A stretch of DNA of 64,000 nt, from NCBI GenBank assembly GCA_964410185.1, contig CAYPFM010000001.1, forward strand, positions 272,860-336,859. The letters run 5' to 3'. The translations under genes were made by a program, and so were the position numbers. The stretch comes from an uncultured Candidatus Saccharibacteria bacterium. Its GTDB lineage: Bacteria; Patescibacteriota; Saccharimonadia; Saccharimonadales; JAUPVS01. The notes under the pieces are model-generated. The model did no database searches. It was not told the DNA's origin and worked only from the letters and a program-made list of their open reading frames with translations. This document shows, in pieces, positions 1 through 8,957 of this stretch. The stretch's first letter is position 1, and each line of letters starts with the position of its first letter.

Positions 1-1
1 A

Positions 2-1426
2 GAGCTGACAATTATCCCTGTTCTGAATAAGATTGATTTGCCGGCGGCTGATGTCGAGCGGGTGAGCGCCGAGGTTATTTCGCTACTCGGTTGCAAAGCC
101 GAAGACATCTTGCACATTTCGGCTAAGACCGGGCAGGGCGTTGAGGCGGTGCTGGAGAAGGTGGTCGAATTGGTGCCCGCTCCAACCGGCGGCACCAGCG
201 ACTCCACGACTGCCTTAATTTTTGACAGTTATTACGACGATTACCGCGGTGTTATTTTGTACGTCCGCATTACGGATGGCGATATACCCAAGAGTGCCAA
301 TATAACCATGATGGCCACAGGGGCCGAAGGTATCGCGCTGGAAGTCGGCGCCTTAACACCGGGGATGACTCCCACCAAGCAGTTGCAAACCGGCGAAATT
401 GGCTACATCGTCACAAACCTTAAAAGTACTCGCCAAGCTCGCGTCGGTGATACCGTTACACTGTCCAAGAATCCGGCGGCCAAGGCCTTGCCGGGCTATA
501 AAGACGTTCGACCGTTCGTGTACGCCGGTTTTTTCCCGGAGTCGAATGAGTACTACCAAGAGCTCAAAGACGCTGTCGAAAAACTATCATTGAGTGATTC
601 GGCGCTACAATTTACACCCGAGAACTCCCCAGTTTTGGGTTTTGGTGTGCGGATTGGTTTTTTGGGCCTGCTACATATGGATATTGTTCGTGAACGGCTG
701 GAGCGTGAGTACAACTTACAACTGGTGGTCACCAACCCATCGACCGATTACGAAATTACTTTGCTGAATGGCGAAGAAATAGCCATCAAGAGTGCTGCTG
801 ATTTGCCTGACCCATCGCAGATCGAAGAGATTCGTGAGCCCTGGATTAAAGGTGAAATCGTAGTACCGAAGGATTACGTCGGTGCCGTTATTCAATTAGT
901 TGTATCGAAGCGTGGGCTGCAGAAGAACCTGTCTTTTGTGGACGCCCAACTGGCGTTGGTAACTTTTGAGGCCCCACTTGCCAACCTATTAACCGACTTT
1001 TACGACCAGCTCAAAAGTATCACCAGTGGCTACGGCTCGTTTAGCTACGAGCTTGACGATTATCGTGCCGAAGATCTGGTGAAGCTCGACTTTTACGTGG
1101 CCGGCGACATGGTGGGAGCCTTGAGCTTGATGGTGCACCGCAGCGAAGCCCAGCGGGTTGGTCGCGATGTTGTCGAAAAGCTCAAAGACGTTATTCCTCG
1201 TCACAACTTTCAAATTGCTTTACAGGCTGCGATTGGTGGTAAATTTATTGCCCGCGAAGACATCAGTGCCTTTCGCAAAGATGTGACCACCGGGCTGTAT
1301 GGTGGTGATGTTTCTCGGAAGAAGAAGGTTTTGGCTAAGCAAGCCAAGGGCAAGAAGCGCATGAAGCGCTTTGGCAAGGTAGAAATACCGTCAGAAGCCT
1401 TTACAGTGCTTCTTAAACGAGACTAA
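2..1426 (+). CDS. lepA: Elongation factor 4 (LepA), 5' end outside window
   Basis: Frame open to window edge (ELTIIPVLNKIDLPAADVERV...). LepA-type C-terminal region (GYGSFSYELDDYRAEDLVKLD; KKKVLAKQAKGKKRMKRFGKVEIP). Confidence 0.95.
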   Translation, partial: ELTIIPVLNKIDLPAADVERVSAEVISLLGCKAEDILHISAKTGQGVEAVLEKVVELVPAPTGGTSDSTTALIFDSYYDDYRGVILYVRITDGDIPKSANITMMATGAEGIALEVGALTPGMTPTKQLQTGEIGYIVTNLKSTRQARVGDTVTLSKNPAAKALPGYKDVRPFVYAGFFPESNEYYQELKDAVEKLSLSDSALQFTPENSPVLGFGVRIGFLGLLHMDIVRERLEREYNLQLVVTNPSTDYEITLLNGEEIAIKSAADLPDPSQIEEIREPWIKGEIVVPKDYVGAVIQLVVSKRGLQKNLSFVDAQLALVTFEAPLANLLTDFYDQLKSITSGYGSFSYELDDYRAEDLVKLDFYVAGDMVGALSLMVHRSEAQRVGRDVVEKLKDVIPRHNFQIALQAAIGGKFIAREDISAFRKDVTTGLYGGDVSRKKKVLAKQAKGKKRMKRFGKVEIPSEAFTVLLKRD

Positions 1427-1878
1427 GCTTTTAGTGCTTCAAGGTCTTTAACGATCTGTACGGCGTGGCCCTTTGGTGTGACCTTAGGATATTCCTTGGC
1501 AATATTGCCCTCAGGGTCAATCAGATAGGTTGAGCGGATGATGCCCATAAATTTGCGACCATACATGCTGCGTTCGCCCCAAGCCCCGTAGGCCTTAATG
1601 GTATCAAGTGACTCATCACTCAACAGCGGGAAGTGCAGGTTGTACTTCTCGGCAAACTTTTTATGACTCGTGACGCTATCTTTGCTGACGCCAAGGACGA
1701 CCGCGCCATTTTCCTGAATATAATCATACTCATCACGGAAGCTACAAGCCTCGGTCGTGCAGCCGGGTGTGTCATCCTTTGGGTAGAAATAGAGAATGAC
1801 CCACTGGCCACGATAATCGGCCAGGGAATGAGTTTTGCCATCTTGGTCGGCTAACGTAAAAGTTGGTGCTTGTTTCAT
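1423..1878 (-). CDS. bcp: Thiol peroxidase / peroxiredoxin, Bcp (PrxQ) type
   Basis: 151 aa; FYPKDDTPGCTTEACSFRD peroxidatic-Cys motif; 4-nt overlaps with both neighbours. Confidence 0.9.
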   Translation of the reverse strand: MKQAPTFTLADQDGKTHSLADYRGQWVILYFYPKDDTPGCTTEACSFRDEYDYIQENGAVVLGVSKDSVTSHKKFAEKYNLHFPLLSDESLDTIKAYGAWGERSMYGRKFMGIIRSTYLIDPEGNIAKEYPKVTPKGHAVQIVKDLEALKA

Positions 1879-2495
1879 GATATTTCCCCGTTTGTCGCCT
1901 GAGCAAAGGCAGTTAACTTAGTGTAAATATCGTGGAGGACGTCCTCGCGGCTCTTGATGCCATCAACTTCGATGAGCAAGCCCTTCTGGCGGTAAAAATC
2001 CAAGACGGGCAGGGTCTTGTCTTCAAACTCTTGGAGCCTTCTTTCGAGCACATGCTCAGCATCGTCCTTGCGTTCACCTCGGTCTTCGAGTTGGCGCGAA
2101 ACTTCCCAGCGTCGTTGAACCTCGTCCTTGGAAACGTCTATATAGATCACGGCCTTCAAGGGGTGACCCGACTTTTGTGCCGCAGCCATGACGCCAGTTT
2201 CTTCCCCATGCCAACGACCAACTGAGCTAAGAATAAGTGGTTTGCCTTGAAACATGTCTTGCTCAAAGTGCGGCAGGACGATATTAAGGAATTCTTTTGT
2301 TGGTGCAAGGCTCCCGTCTTCGACTTGTGACTGAAGGGCAGCGTGCTCTTTATTGTTACGCATCAGATCGCCACCACCTATAACTGATGCCCCCAAAAGC
2401 TTGGCTAAACTGTGGGCGCAGGTGTCCTTGCCGGCAAAAGGTTTGCCAAAAAGGTTAATAGAACCCGTTCCCAACCAATCTTTTAAATATTGCAT
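1875..2495 (-). CDS. Adenylate-kinase-like nucleotide kinase with divergent P-loop
   Basis: 206 aa; GKPFAGKDT in place of GxPGxGKGT, GGGDLMRNN, C-terminal TLPVLDFYRQKGLLIEVDG as in adenylate kinases. TAGACT-N6-ATG upstream. Confidence 0.5.
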   Translation of the reverse strand: MQYLKDWLGTGSINLFGKPFAGKDTCAHSLAKLLGASVIGGGDLMRNNKEHAALQSQVEDGSLAPTKEFLNIVLPHFEQDMFQGKPLILSSVGRWHGEETGVMAAAQKSGHPLKAVIYIDVSKDEVQRRWEVSRQLEDRGERKDDAEHVLERRLQEFEDKTLPVLDFYRQKGLLIEVDGIKSREDVLHDIYTKLTAFAQATNGEIS

Positions 2496-2531
2496 GCGCT
2501 TAGTCTACATTAACAGAGGTAATTTTACAAG

Positions 2532-2558
2532 TTGGCACTCTTGACAGGTGAGTGCCAA
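2532..2558 (+). promoter_or_regulatory. CIRCE-type HrcA operator (perfect inverted repeat)
   Basis: TTGGCACTC-N9-GAGTGCCAA versus consensus TTAGCACTC-N9-GAGTGCTAA; overlaps the -35 of the hrcA promoter. Confidence 0.85.
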
Positions 2559-2570
2559 AAGCTTTATTAT
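2541..2570 (+). promoter_or_regulatory. Putative sigma-70-type promoter of the hrcA operon
   Basis: TTGACA (2541-2546), 18-nt spacer, TATTAT (2565-2570), 45 nt upstream of the hrcA ATG. Confidence 0.5.
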
Positions 2571-2577
2571 GTAAACA

Positions 2578-2604
2578 CTGGCACTAAAGCCATGAGAGTG
2601 ACAA
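2578..2604 (+). promoter_or_regulatory. Second, degenerate CIRCE-like element
   Basis: CTGGCACTA-N9-GAGTGACAA between the -10 and the hrcA start. Confidence 0.55.
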
Positions 2605-2614
2605 GCGTAATAAC

Positions 2615-3319
2615 ATGACAGAACGACAACAAAAAATATTAGCCGCCATTGTAGAGCAGTATGCCGAGGTTGCAAGCCCGGTTGGTTCTAGCTTGATGGC
2701 CAAGCTTTTTGATGTTTCTTCTGCTACCATCCGCGCCGAAATGGCCGAACTGGAGCGCCATGGCTATATTATGCAGCCTCACACCAGCGCTGGTCGGGTT
2801 CCGACCGACAAGGGCTATCGCCTGTACGTTAATAACTTGGCCGAAGATGCACCAAGTAAGCAAGAACGACGTGGCGAACGTGCCCTGACAGCACGGGTTA
2901 ACGGTGGCGGCTTACCGGAGCGCACCATTCGCAATGCCGTCGATACTTTGGTGGAGCTGACGCATAACTTGGGCATCGCCACAATTGGCGACCAGCTGTA
3001 TATGTCCGGGCTCTCTAATCTATTTGGGCAACCAGAGTTTATTAATGGTCGTGATGTCCAGCAAGTTGCGAGGCTGCTGGACAACCTCGAGCCGTGGCTT
3101 AAGGAAGCTCACCCCAATGAACCGCTGAACGTCTACATTGGGAGCGAGAATCCAGTTGGACGCAACGCTCAGTGCTCATTGATTATCTGTAAATTCCGCA
3201 GTTCATTTAGCGATCAAAGTTATATCGGTGTGCTTGGTCCAACCCGTCAGCAATATCGCGATGTGATGGGTCTGGTCGAGCAAGCCGGACGTGCCTTAGA
3301 GGAGAGACTATATGCCTAA
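2615..3319 (+). CDS. hrcA: Heat-inducible transcription repressor HrcA (short form, 234 aa)
   Basis: N-terminal wHTH (RQQKILAAIVEQYAEVASPVGSSLMAKLFDVSSATIRAEMAELERHGYIMQPHTSAGRVPTDKGYRLYV). Sits first in the hrcA-grpE-dnaK-dnaJ order, with CIRCE upstream. Confidence 0.9.
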   Translation: MTERQQKILAAIVEQYAEVASPVGSSLMAKLFDVSSATIRAEMAELERHGYIMQPHTSAGRVPTDKGYRLYVNNLAEDAPSKQERRGERALTARVNGGGLPERTIRNAVDTLVELTHNLGIATIGDQLYMSGLSNLFGQPEFINGRDVQQVARLLDNLEPWLKEAHPNEPLNVYIGSENPVGRNAQCSLIICKFRSSFSDQSYIGVLGPTRQQYRDVMGLVEQAGRALEERLYA

Positions 3320-3803
3320 AAAAGCAGATTCTAAAAAACCAACCATCGCTGAGCTGCAGCAGCAAATCGCCGATTTAACCGACGCATTGCAGCGAGAGCG
3401 AGCAGACGTTATGAATGTTCGCCGCCAACACGACGCCCAAATCAGTAATTTGCGTAACTCGGTTAAAACCACCGTCATCAGCGAGCTGTTGCCAGTGGTT
3501 GACAACTTCGAACGCGCCCTCAAGCACGTTCCGGCCGACCTGGTTGATAATGACTACGTCAAAGGTGTGCAAGGCGTGGTTAAACAGTTTGAAATCACCC
3601 TGGCAGGCATGGGCGTTGAGCGCATCAAAACTGTTGGGGAGATTTTCGACCCACAGGTTCACGAGGCAGTAAGTATGGATGAGGGTGATGGCCCCCACGA
3701 AAATAGCGTTGAAGTCGTTTGCGAGGAACTTCAAGCGGGCTACCGACTCGGCGAAGATGTCATCCGGCACGCCATGGTAAGAGTGAAAATGGAGGTTCGA
3801 TAA
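3312..3803 (+). CDS. grpE: Nucleotide exchange factor GrpE
   Basis: 163 aa; coiled-coil N-terminus, LLPVVDNFERAL and FDPQVHEAV motifs; 8-nt overlap with hrcA. Confidence 0.93.
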   Translation: MPKKADSKKPTIAELQQQIADLTDALQRERADVMNVRRQHDAQISNLRNSVKTTVISELLPVVDNFERALKHVPADLVDNDYVKGVQGVVKQFEITLAGMGVERIKTVGEIFDPQVHEAVSMDEGDGPHENSVEVVCEELQAGYRLGEDVIRHAMVRVKMEVR

Positions 3804-4060
3804 TGGAAAACATCGTAAGGGGCATAAGCCCCGTAAGTCTAGAAGACCAAGTGGTTGTGGCTAATTATCGTCCCCAAGTAGAGCCAGGCGAGGGAATCCA
3901 CGTTGTCGAAATGGCTAACGGTAGAGCTAAACATTTTGATGATAAAATGCTTGTCTTTGGCCGTTGGATTACCGAAGGAGAGCTTCAGCGTCGCCAGCAG
4001 GCCTATCAAGAGGATCCCGATCAGTATGGCACGGACCACCTAGCCTCACTATCACACTAA
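3803..4060 (+). CDS. Hypothetical 85-aa protein inserted between grpE and dnaK
   Basis: ATG overlaps the grpE TAA by 1 nt (TAATG); GGAGG 7 nt upstream. No recognisable motif. Confidence 0.6.
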   Translation: MENIVRGISPVSLEDQVVVANYRPQVEPGEGIHVVEMANGRAKHFDDKMLVFGRWITEGELQRRQQAYQEDPDQYGTDHLASLSH

Positions 4061-4079
4061 TTTAAGAAGGAGAATTATA

Positions 4080-5990
4080 ATGGGAAAAATTATTGGAATC
4101 GATTTAGGAACAACAAACTCGGCAATGGCTGTTATGCAGGCCGGAAAGCCGGAAATTATTGCCAACTCAGAAGGTGCACGTACCACGCCTTCTGTTGTTG
4201 CGCTTAACAAAGCTGGTGAACGTTTGGTTGGCCAGGTTGCTCGCCGTCAGCAAGTTACCAATCCAACCAACACGATTTACGAAGTCAAGCGCCTCATCGG
4301 CCGCAACTGGAACGATAAAGAAGTTCAGCGCGACATCAAATTGATGGGTTACGAAATGGTTAAGTCCGGTAACGGCGTTAAGGTGAAGATGGGCGATAAG
4401 GAATATAGCCCCGAAGAAGTCAGCGCTATGATCCTGGGTAAGCTCAAGGCTGACGCCGAAAGCTTCTTGGGCGATAGCGTGACCGAAGCTGTCATTACCG
4501 TACCGGCCTACTTTGACGACTCACAGCGCCAAGCGACCAAAGACGCTGGTAAGATTGCCGGTTTGGAAGTAAAGCGCATCATTAACGAACCAACCGCTGC
4601 TGCCTTGGCTTACGGCCTAGACAAAGGTAAGAAGACTGACGAAAAGATCGCTGTCTACGACCTTGGTGGTGGTACCTTCGACGTTTCAATCCTTGAACTC
4701 GGTGATGGCGTCTTCGAAGTAAAATCTACCAATGGTGACACCCACTTAGGTGGTGCCGACTTCGACCGTGTACTGGTTAACTATTTCGCTGACGAGTTCA
4801 AAAAGGAACACGGCCTCGACATTACCGACGACAAAGCCGCAATGCAACGTCTCCGTGACGAAGCCGAAAAGGCCAAGATTGAACTTTCGACCACCAACGA
4901 AATTACCGTCAACCTACCATTCTTAACCGCTGACGCCGATGGTCCAAAACACTTCGAGCACAAGCTAACTCGTTCTAAGCTGGAGAGCTTGGTCGGTGAG
5001 CTTATCGACAAGACTGCTACGCCATGCGACAAGGCGCTTAAAGACGCTGGCCTGAAGGCGAGTGATATTGACGCCGTTGTTTTGGTCGGTGGTATGACTC
5101 GAATGCCTGCAGTTCAAGAAAAAGTTAAAAAGATCTTTGGCAAAGACCCCATGAAGGGTGTGAACCCTGACGAGGTTGTGGCCATTGGCGCCGCTATCCA
5201 AGGTGGTGTCCTGCAAGGTGATGTTAAAGACGTCTTGCTTCTAGACGTAACTCCACTTAGCCTGGGTATTGAAACTCTTGGCGGTGTGGCAACCAAGCTG
5301 ATTGAGCGCAACTCAACCATCCCCACCAGCAAGTCCGAAACTTTCTCGACAGCTGCTGACAATCAGCCACAAGTGGAAATCCACGTTGTTCAGGGTGAGC
5401 GCGAAATGGTCGCCGACAACAAGTCCTTGGGACGCTTTGTACTGGACGGCATTCCATCCGCCCCACGAGGTGTACCACAAATTGAGGTTACTTTTAACCT
5501 GGACGCCAACGGTATCTTGAACGTCTCTGCCAAGGACAAGGGTTCGGGCAAAGAACAGAGCATTACCATCCAAAACAGCTCCGGTTTAAGCAAAGAAGAA
5601 GTTGAGAAGATGGCCAAAGAAGCCGAGGCCCACGCTGATGAAGACAAGAAAAAGCGCGAAGCCATCGATGCCCGCAACACGCTAGACACAACCGTCTACC
5701 AAGCCGAAAAGATGAAGTCCGACAACAAAGACAAGATTTCCGAAGACGATCAGAAGGCTATCGACGAAGCTGTAGAAGTCGCCAAAAAAGTTGTGGCTGA
5801 TGAAAAGGCTGACGCAGAAACCCTTGAAGCGGCCGCCAAGGCGCTTAACGAAAAAATCATGCCAATCGGTGCCAAACTATACGAAGAAGCTGCCAAAGAA
5901 GAAACTCCAGCCGAAGACGGCAAAAAATCAGATGACAAAGATGAGCCGGTCGAAGGCGAAGTCGTCGACGAAGACAAGAAAGATAAGTAG
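4080..5990 (+). CDS. dnaK: Chaperone DnaK (Hsp70)
   Basis: 636 aa; [29 protein letters not shown] signatures; AAGGAG RBS. Confidence 0.98.
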   Translation: MGKIIGIDLGTTNSAMAVMQAGKPEIIANSEGARTTPSVVALNKAGERLVGQVARRQQVTNPTNTIYEVKRLIGRNWNDKEVQRDIKLMGYEMVKSGNGVKVKMGDKEYSPEEVSAMILGKLKADAESFLGDSVTEAVITVPAYFDDSQRQATKDAGKIAGLEVKRIINEPTAAALAYGLDKGKKTDEKIAVYDLGGGTFDVSILELGDGVFEVKSTNGDTHLGGADFDRVLVNYFADEFKKEHGLDITDDKAAMQRLRDEAEKAKIELSTTNEITVNLPFLTADADGPKHFEHKLTRSKLESLVGELIDKTATPCDKALKDAGLKASDIDAVVLVGGMTRMPAVQEKVKKIFGKDPMKGVNPDEVVAIGAAIQGGVLQGDVKDVLLLDVTPLSLGIETLGGVATKLIERNSTIPTSKSETFSTAADNQPQVEIHVVQGEREMVADNKSLGRFVLDGIPSAPRGVPQIEVTFNLDANGILNVSAKDKGSGKEQSITIQNSSGLSKEEVEKMAKEAEAHADEDKKKREAIDARNTLDTTVYQAEKMKSDNKDKISEDDQKAIDEAVEVAKKVVADEKADAETLEAAAKALNEKIMPIGAKLYEEAAKEETPAEDGKKSDDKDEPVEGEVVDEDKKDK

Positions 5991-6268
5991 TGCCCGAAGA
6001 TACACTCGCCCAGGACCCCCTCAATTGGGTTGACCCAGATATATTAGCCTATGAGGGCGATGATGTATCTCATTTAGACCAAACCGCCGAACTGGAGTTC
6101 AAGAAGTTCTTCACGGATGAGTGGCCAACACAGAAGTGGGATTATCTGCGGGATCACTGGGAATCAATCATTGCAGATGAGGACCCGCACGGCCGATTGC
6201 TCGGAAAAACAGCATTGTGGAATCTGACAAGGCTACATGAGTTACAAAGAAGTATGGGGGACCGATGA
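5990..6268 (+). CDS. Hypothetical acidic Trp-rich 92-aa protein between dnaK and dnaJ
   Basis: GTG start overlaps the dnaK TAG by 1 nt; stop overlaps the dnaJ ATG (ATGA). No SD and no recognisable motif. Confidence 0.5.
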   Translation: MPEDTLAQDPLNWVDPDILAYEGDDVSHLDQTAELEFKKFFTDEWPTQKWDYLRDHWESIIADEDPHGRLLGKTALWNLTRLHELQRSMGDR

Positions 6269-7368
6269 GTAAACGCGACTACTACGAAGTTCTCGGCATC
6301 AGTAAATCTGCCAGCGATGATGAAATCAAAAAAGCTTTTCGAAAGAAGGCGATTGAATTTCATCCTGACCGTGGTGGAGACGAAGAAAAATTCAAAGAAG
6401 TCAACGAAGCCTACGAAGTCTTAAAAGACTCCGGCAAACGGCAGCGCTATGATCAATTCGGTCATGCCGGTGTTGGCGGCGCTACAGGCGGGGGTGGTGA
6501 TCCCTTTGGTGGTTTTGGCGGCCAAGGTGGCCAAAACGTTCACTTCGATTTTGGTGACCTCGGACTTGGCGACATCTTTAGTAGCTTTTTTGGTGGTCAA
6601 GCTGGTGGTCAGCAACAGCGTCAGCGCGGTCAGGATGTTGCGACAGCAGTCGACATTAGTTTTGAAAATGCCGTCTTTGGTACCGAAGTAGCCATTAAGT
6701 ACAGTAGCAATGTGGCTTGTTCGCATTGTAAGGGTTCAACTGTTGAGCCAGGGCATGAGCTCAAGACGTGCGAAACCTGTGCCGGCCGGGGCCAAGTTAA
6801 CCAAGCCGTTCGGACTATCTTTGGTAATATCGAGCAAGCGGTAATTTGCCCAACCTGTCACGGCAGCGGTAAGGTTCCGGAAAAAGTTTGTACTGTCTGT
6901 CGGGGCAAGGGCACTGAGCATAAACAACGTGAACTGCAGATTAAAATTCCAGCCGGAATTGACGATGGCACCACCATTCGTCTTCGTGAACAAGGAAATG
7001 CCATGGCTCGCGCCCAAACTGGCGACCTCTACGTTGATGTGCGCGTGAAGCCCCACAAAAAATTCACCCGCGAAGGTGATTTGATTCTGAGCGAAGCAAC
7101 GGTCGGCATGATTGGTGCCGCCCTTGGAACCGAAATTGATGTGGACACAGTTGATGGCCCGGTTCGGATGAAAGTCCCGGCTGGCACGCAAAGTGGTACC
7201 GACTTTAAGTTATCTGGTCATGGAGTGCCGCACATGCGTGGCAGTAGCCGTGGCGCGCATATCGTTACCCTGATTGTCGAGACGCCAACCAAGCTGAGTA
7301 AGGAACAAAAAGACTTACTAGAGCAGTTTGGCAAAAGCCAGGGCCACAAAAAGGGTTTTTGGCGCTAA
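6265..7368 (+). CDS. dnaJ: Co-chaperone DnaJ (Hsp40)
   Basis: J-domain (DYYEVLGISKSASDDEIKKAFRKKAIEFHPDR), G/F-rich linker, four CxxCxGxG zinc-finger motifs. Confidence 0.97.
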   Translation: MSKRDYYEVLGISKSASDDEIKKAFRKKAIEFHPDRGGDEEKFKEVNEAYEVLKDSGKRQRYDQFGHAGVGGATGGGGDPFGGFGGQGGQNVHFDFGDLGLGDIFSSFFGGQAGGQQQRQRGQDVATAVDISFENAVFGTEVAIKYSSNVACSHCKGSTVEPGHELKTCETCAGRGQVNQAVRTIFGNIEQAVICPTCHGSGKVPEKVCTVCRGKGTEHKQRELQIKIPAGIDDGTTIRLREQGNAMARAQTGDLYVDVRVKPHKKFTREGDLILSEATVGMIGAALGTEIDVDTVDGPVRMKVPAGTQSGTDFKLSGHGVPHMRGSSRGAHIVTLIVETPTKLSKEQKDLLEQFGKSQGHKKGFWR

Positions 7369-7371
7369 GCG

Positions 7372-8181
7372 CTAGTGCTGAACTCTTTTTTTGTTGTGTT
7401 TTTCGTCGTACATCTCGCTGTCGGCAATACGCCTAAGTTCACCCAAAGTCATGCCGGCTTCGTAGATAGCGGCGCCAATTGACAGGCCGACACCAACCCG
7501 CTGGTACGAGGGATGCTGCTTGAGAAATAGGTGAAAATCTGCTCGCAGCCGATCGGTTAGCGTATCGAGACGTTCGCTCGGTGATAGGTCATAGTCTTCA
7601 TCCTCGGTACTTTCTAGAAGTACGCCAATTATGAACTCGTCCCCGCCGTCACGACCAATCTCGGGTTGGTGAGAGATGATGTCATCAAGTCGTTTGCCAT
7701 CTTGGCGAAGCTTTGCTTTGAGCCATGTTGAAAAATCCACCAAGAATTTATCACCCAGTTCGTGCCCCATGCGATCATTGACTGCCTTAAAGCCGTCAAG
7801 GTCAAGATAGAGCAGTCCGAGCGAGCCATTGGAGGCATCACTGAGCCATTCTTTCATCCGTTCGTTAAAGCCACGGCGGTTAAGCAAGCCGGTGAGGTCA
7901 TCATACTCAGCGAGGTGACTAACCTCTTTAATCTCACCTTCGAGCATACGCTTGGCAGCGTCAGCCTCAAGCTTTTCCCACTCTAGGCGACCTACTTTGT
8001 AGGCCATGCGCTCTACAGAGTCATCCGGATTGCTGCTTCCAAGTGCTTCAACATCTTGTTGTGAAGCAGGTATGAACCCATAAGGGTCGTTAAGCAACAT
8101 CTTTGCTTCGTTTGATAACTGTTGCCACGCGGGCCCTCTGGGTTGTTCGGGAGGCGGCTGGTTTAGTGAATCTTCGCTCAT
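7372..8181 (-). CDS. GGDEF-domain diguanylate cyclase without recognisable sensor domain
   Basis: DDLTGLLNRRGF and GRDGGDEFIIG motifs. N-terminal ~100 aa look disordered/coiled-coil. Start placed at MSEDS; the ORF-track start at 8229 adds 16 aa. Confidence 0.85.
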   Translation of the reverse strand: MSEDSLNQPPPEQPRGPAWQQLSNEAKMLLNDPYGFIPASQQDVEALGSSNPDDSVERMAYKVGRLEWEKLEADAAKRMLEGEIKEVSHLAEYDDLTGLLNRRGFNERMKEWLSDASNGSLGLLYLDLDGFKAVNDRMGHELGDKFLVDFSTWLKAKLRQDGKRLDDIISHQPEIGRDGGDEFIIGVLLESTEDEDYDLSPSERLDTLTDRLRADFHLFLKQHPSYQRVGVGLSIGAAIYEAGMTLGELRRIADSEMYDEKHNKKRVQH

Positions 8182-8227
8182 ATTGCTACTTTTTATTTTA
8201 ACGTATGCGGCTATAATGAATAATAAC

Positions 8228-8350
8228 ATGAAAAAGCTTAAACTTACTCCGTTGCAGCAAGAAGGCTTTATCCCGATGATGATTTGTTTGGTGCTTATTT
8301 TGGTTACGGCACTCGTACTTATCTACATGCGGGTTGCCAAACACCAGTAG
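8228..8350 (+). CDS. Possible 40-aa single-pass membrane peptide
   Basis: MKKLKLTPLQQEGFIPMMICLVLILVTALVLIYMRVAKHQ. TATAAT (8212-8217) lies 10 nt upstream and there is no SD. Below the ORF-track size cutoff. Confidence 0.35.
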   Translation: MKKLKLTPLQQEGFIPMMICLVLILVTALVLIYMRVAKHQ

Positions 8351-8352
8351 TA

Positions 8353-8381
8353 TTGTAAAACAATAGTTATTATGGTATAAT
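8353..8381 (+). promoter_or_regulatory. Putative promoter of the rimB-like/rimK pair
   Basis: TTGTAA (8353-8358), 17 nt, TGgTATAAT (8373-8381). The 11-mer TTGTAAAACAA recurs at 8406-8416. Confidence 0.45.
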
Positions 8382-8471
8382 TCGGGTCAGGTTAGTCGCA
8401 TTGAGTTGTAAAACAAAAACCTAAAATTATTTGTAGATTATCGGGCAAATTGTTAACGTAAGGAAAAGCTT

Positions 8472-8954
8472 ATGACAAAATTTCAAGCCATAATTGGACG
8501 TGCCGAAAGAATCGATCTCACCGAGATCGTTTTAAACGTACCTGCCAAGATAGATAGCGGCGCCTTTCGTTCAGCTATTCACTGCAAGAAAGCTAAAGTA
8601 GTAAAACGGGGCGACAAAGAGGTGCTTGTGGCTGATTTGTTGGGTCATCCTTGCTCACCAGTTATCTATCATCAAGAGTTTGAAGATTTTCAGGTCGTTA
8701 ACGTCACTAACTCTGGCGGTCACGAAGAAGAGCGGTATGCCGTTGAACTCAAGGTGAAGCTTGGTCCAAAGGTATTCCATACTTCATTCACTTTGGCCGA
8801 TCGCTCCGGTAATTTGTTCCCAATTTTGGTTGGGCGCAAGATTTTAAAGAACCGCTTTGTGATTGATGTCGCTAAAACTGGTGTTACCCGGGCGCAGCTG
8901 CTCAAAGAGTTTAATCTTTCGTCTGGCTTAGACGAAGAGGATGCAGAGGACTAA
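8472..8954 (+). CDS. RimK-associated retropepsin-like peptidase (putative ATP-dependent zinc protease / RimB family)
   Basis: 160 aa; IGRAERIDLTEI..VPAKIDSGAFRSAIH resembles the family consensus. Immediately upstream of rimK. Confidence 0.7.
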   Translation: MTKFQAIIGRAERIDLTEIVLNVPAKIDSGAFRSAIHCKKAKVVKRGDKEVLVADLLGHPCSPVIYHQEFEDFQVVNVTNSGGHEEERYAVELKVKLGPKVFHTSFTLADRSGNLFPILVGRKILKNRFVIDVAKTGVTRAQLLKEFNLSSGLDEEDAED

Positions 8955-8957
8955 ATT

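Noticed and set aside
353-1213. Several 60-74-aa ORFs on both strands inside lepA
   Set aside because: They lie entirely within a strongly conserved gene, have no start context, and have low-complexity translations. They are shadow ORFs.
4781-5977. Chain of antisense ORFs (73-99 aa) across dnaK
   Set aside because: These are typical antisense shadows of a gene with strong codon bias, and they have no promoter or RBS context.
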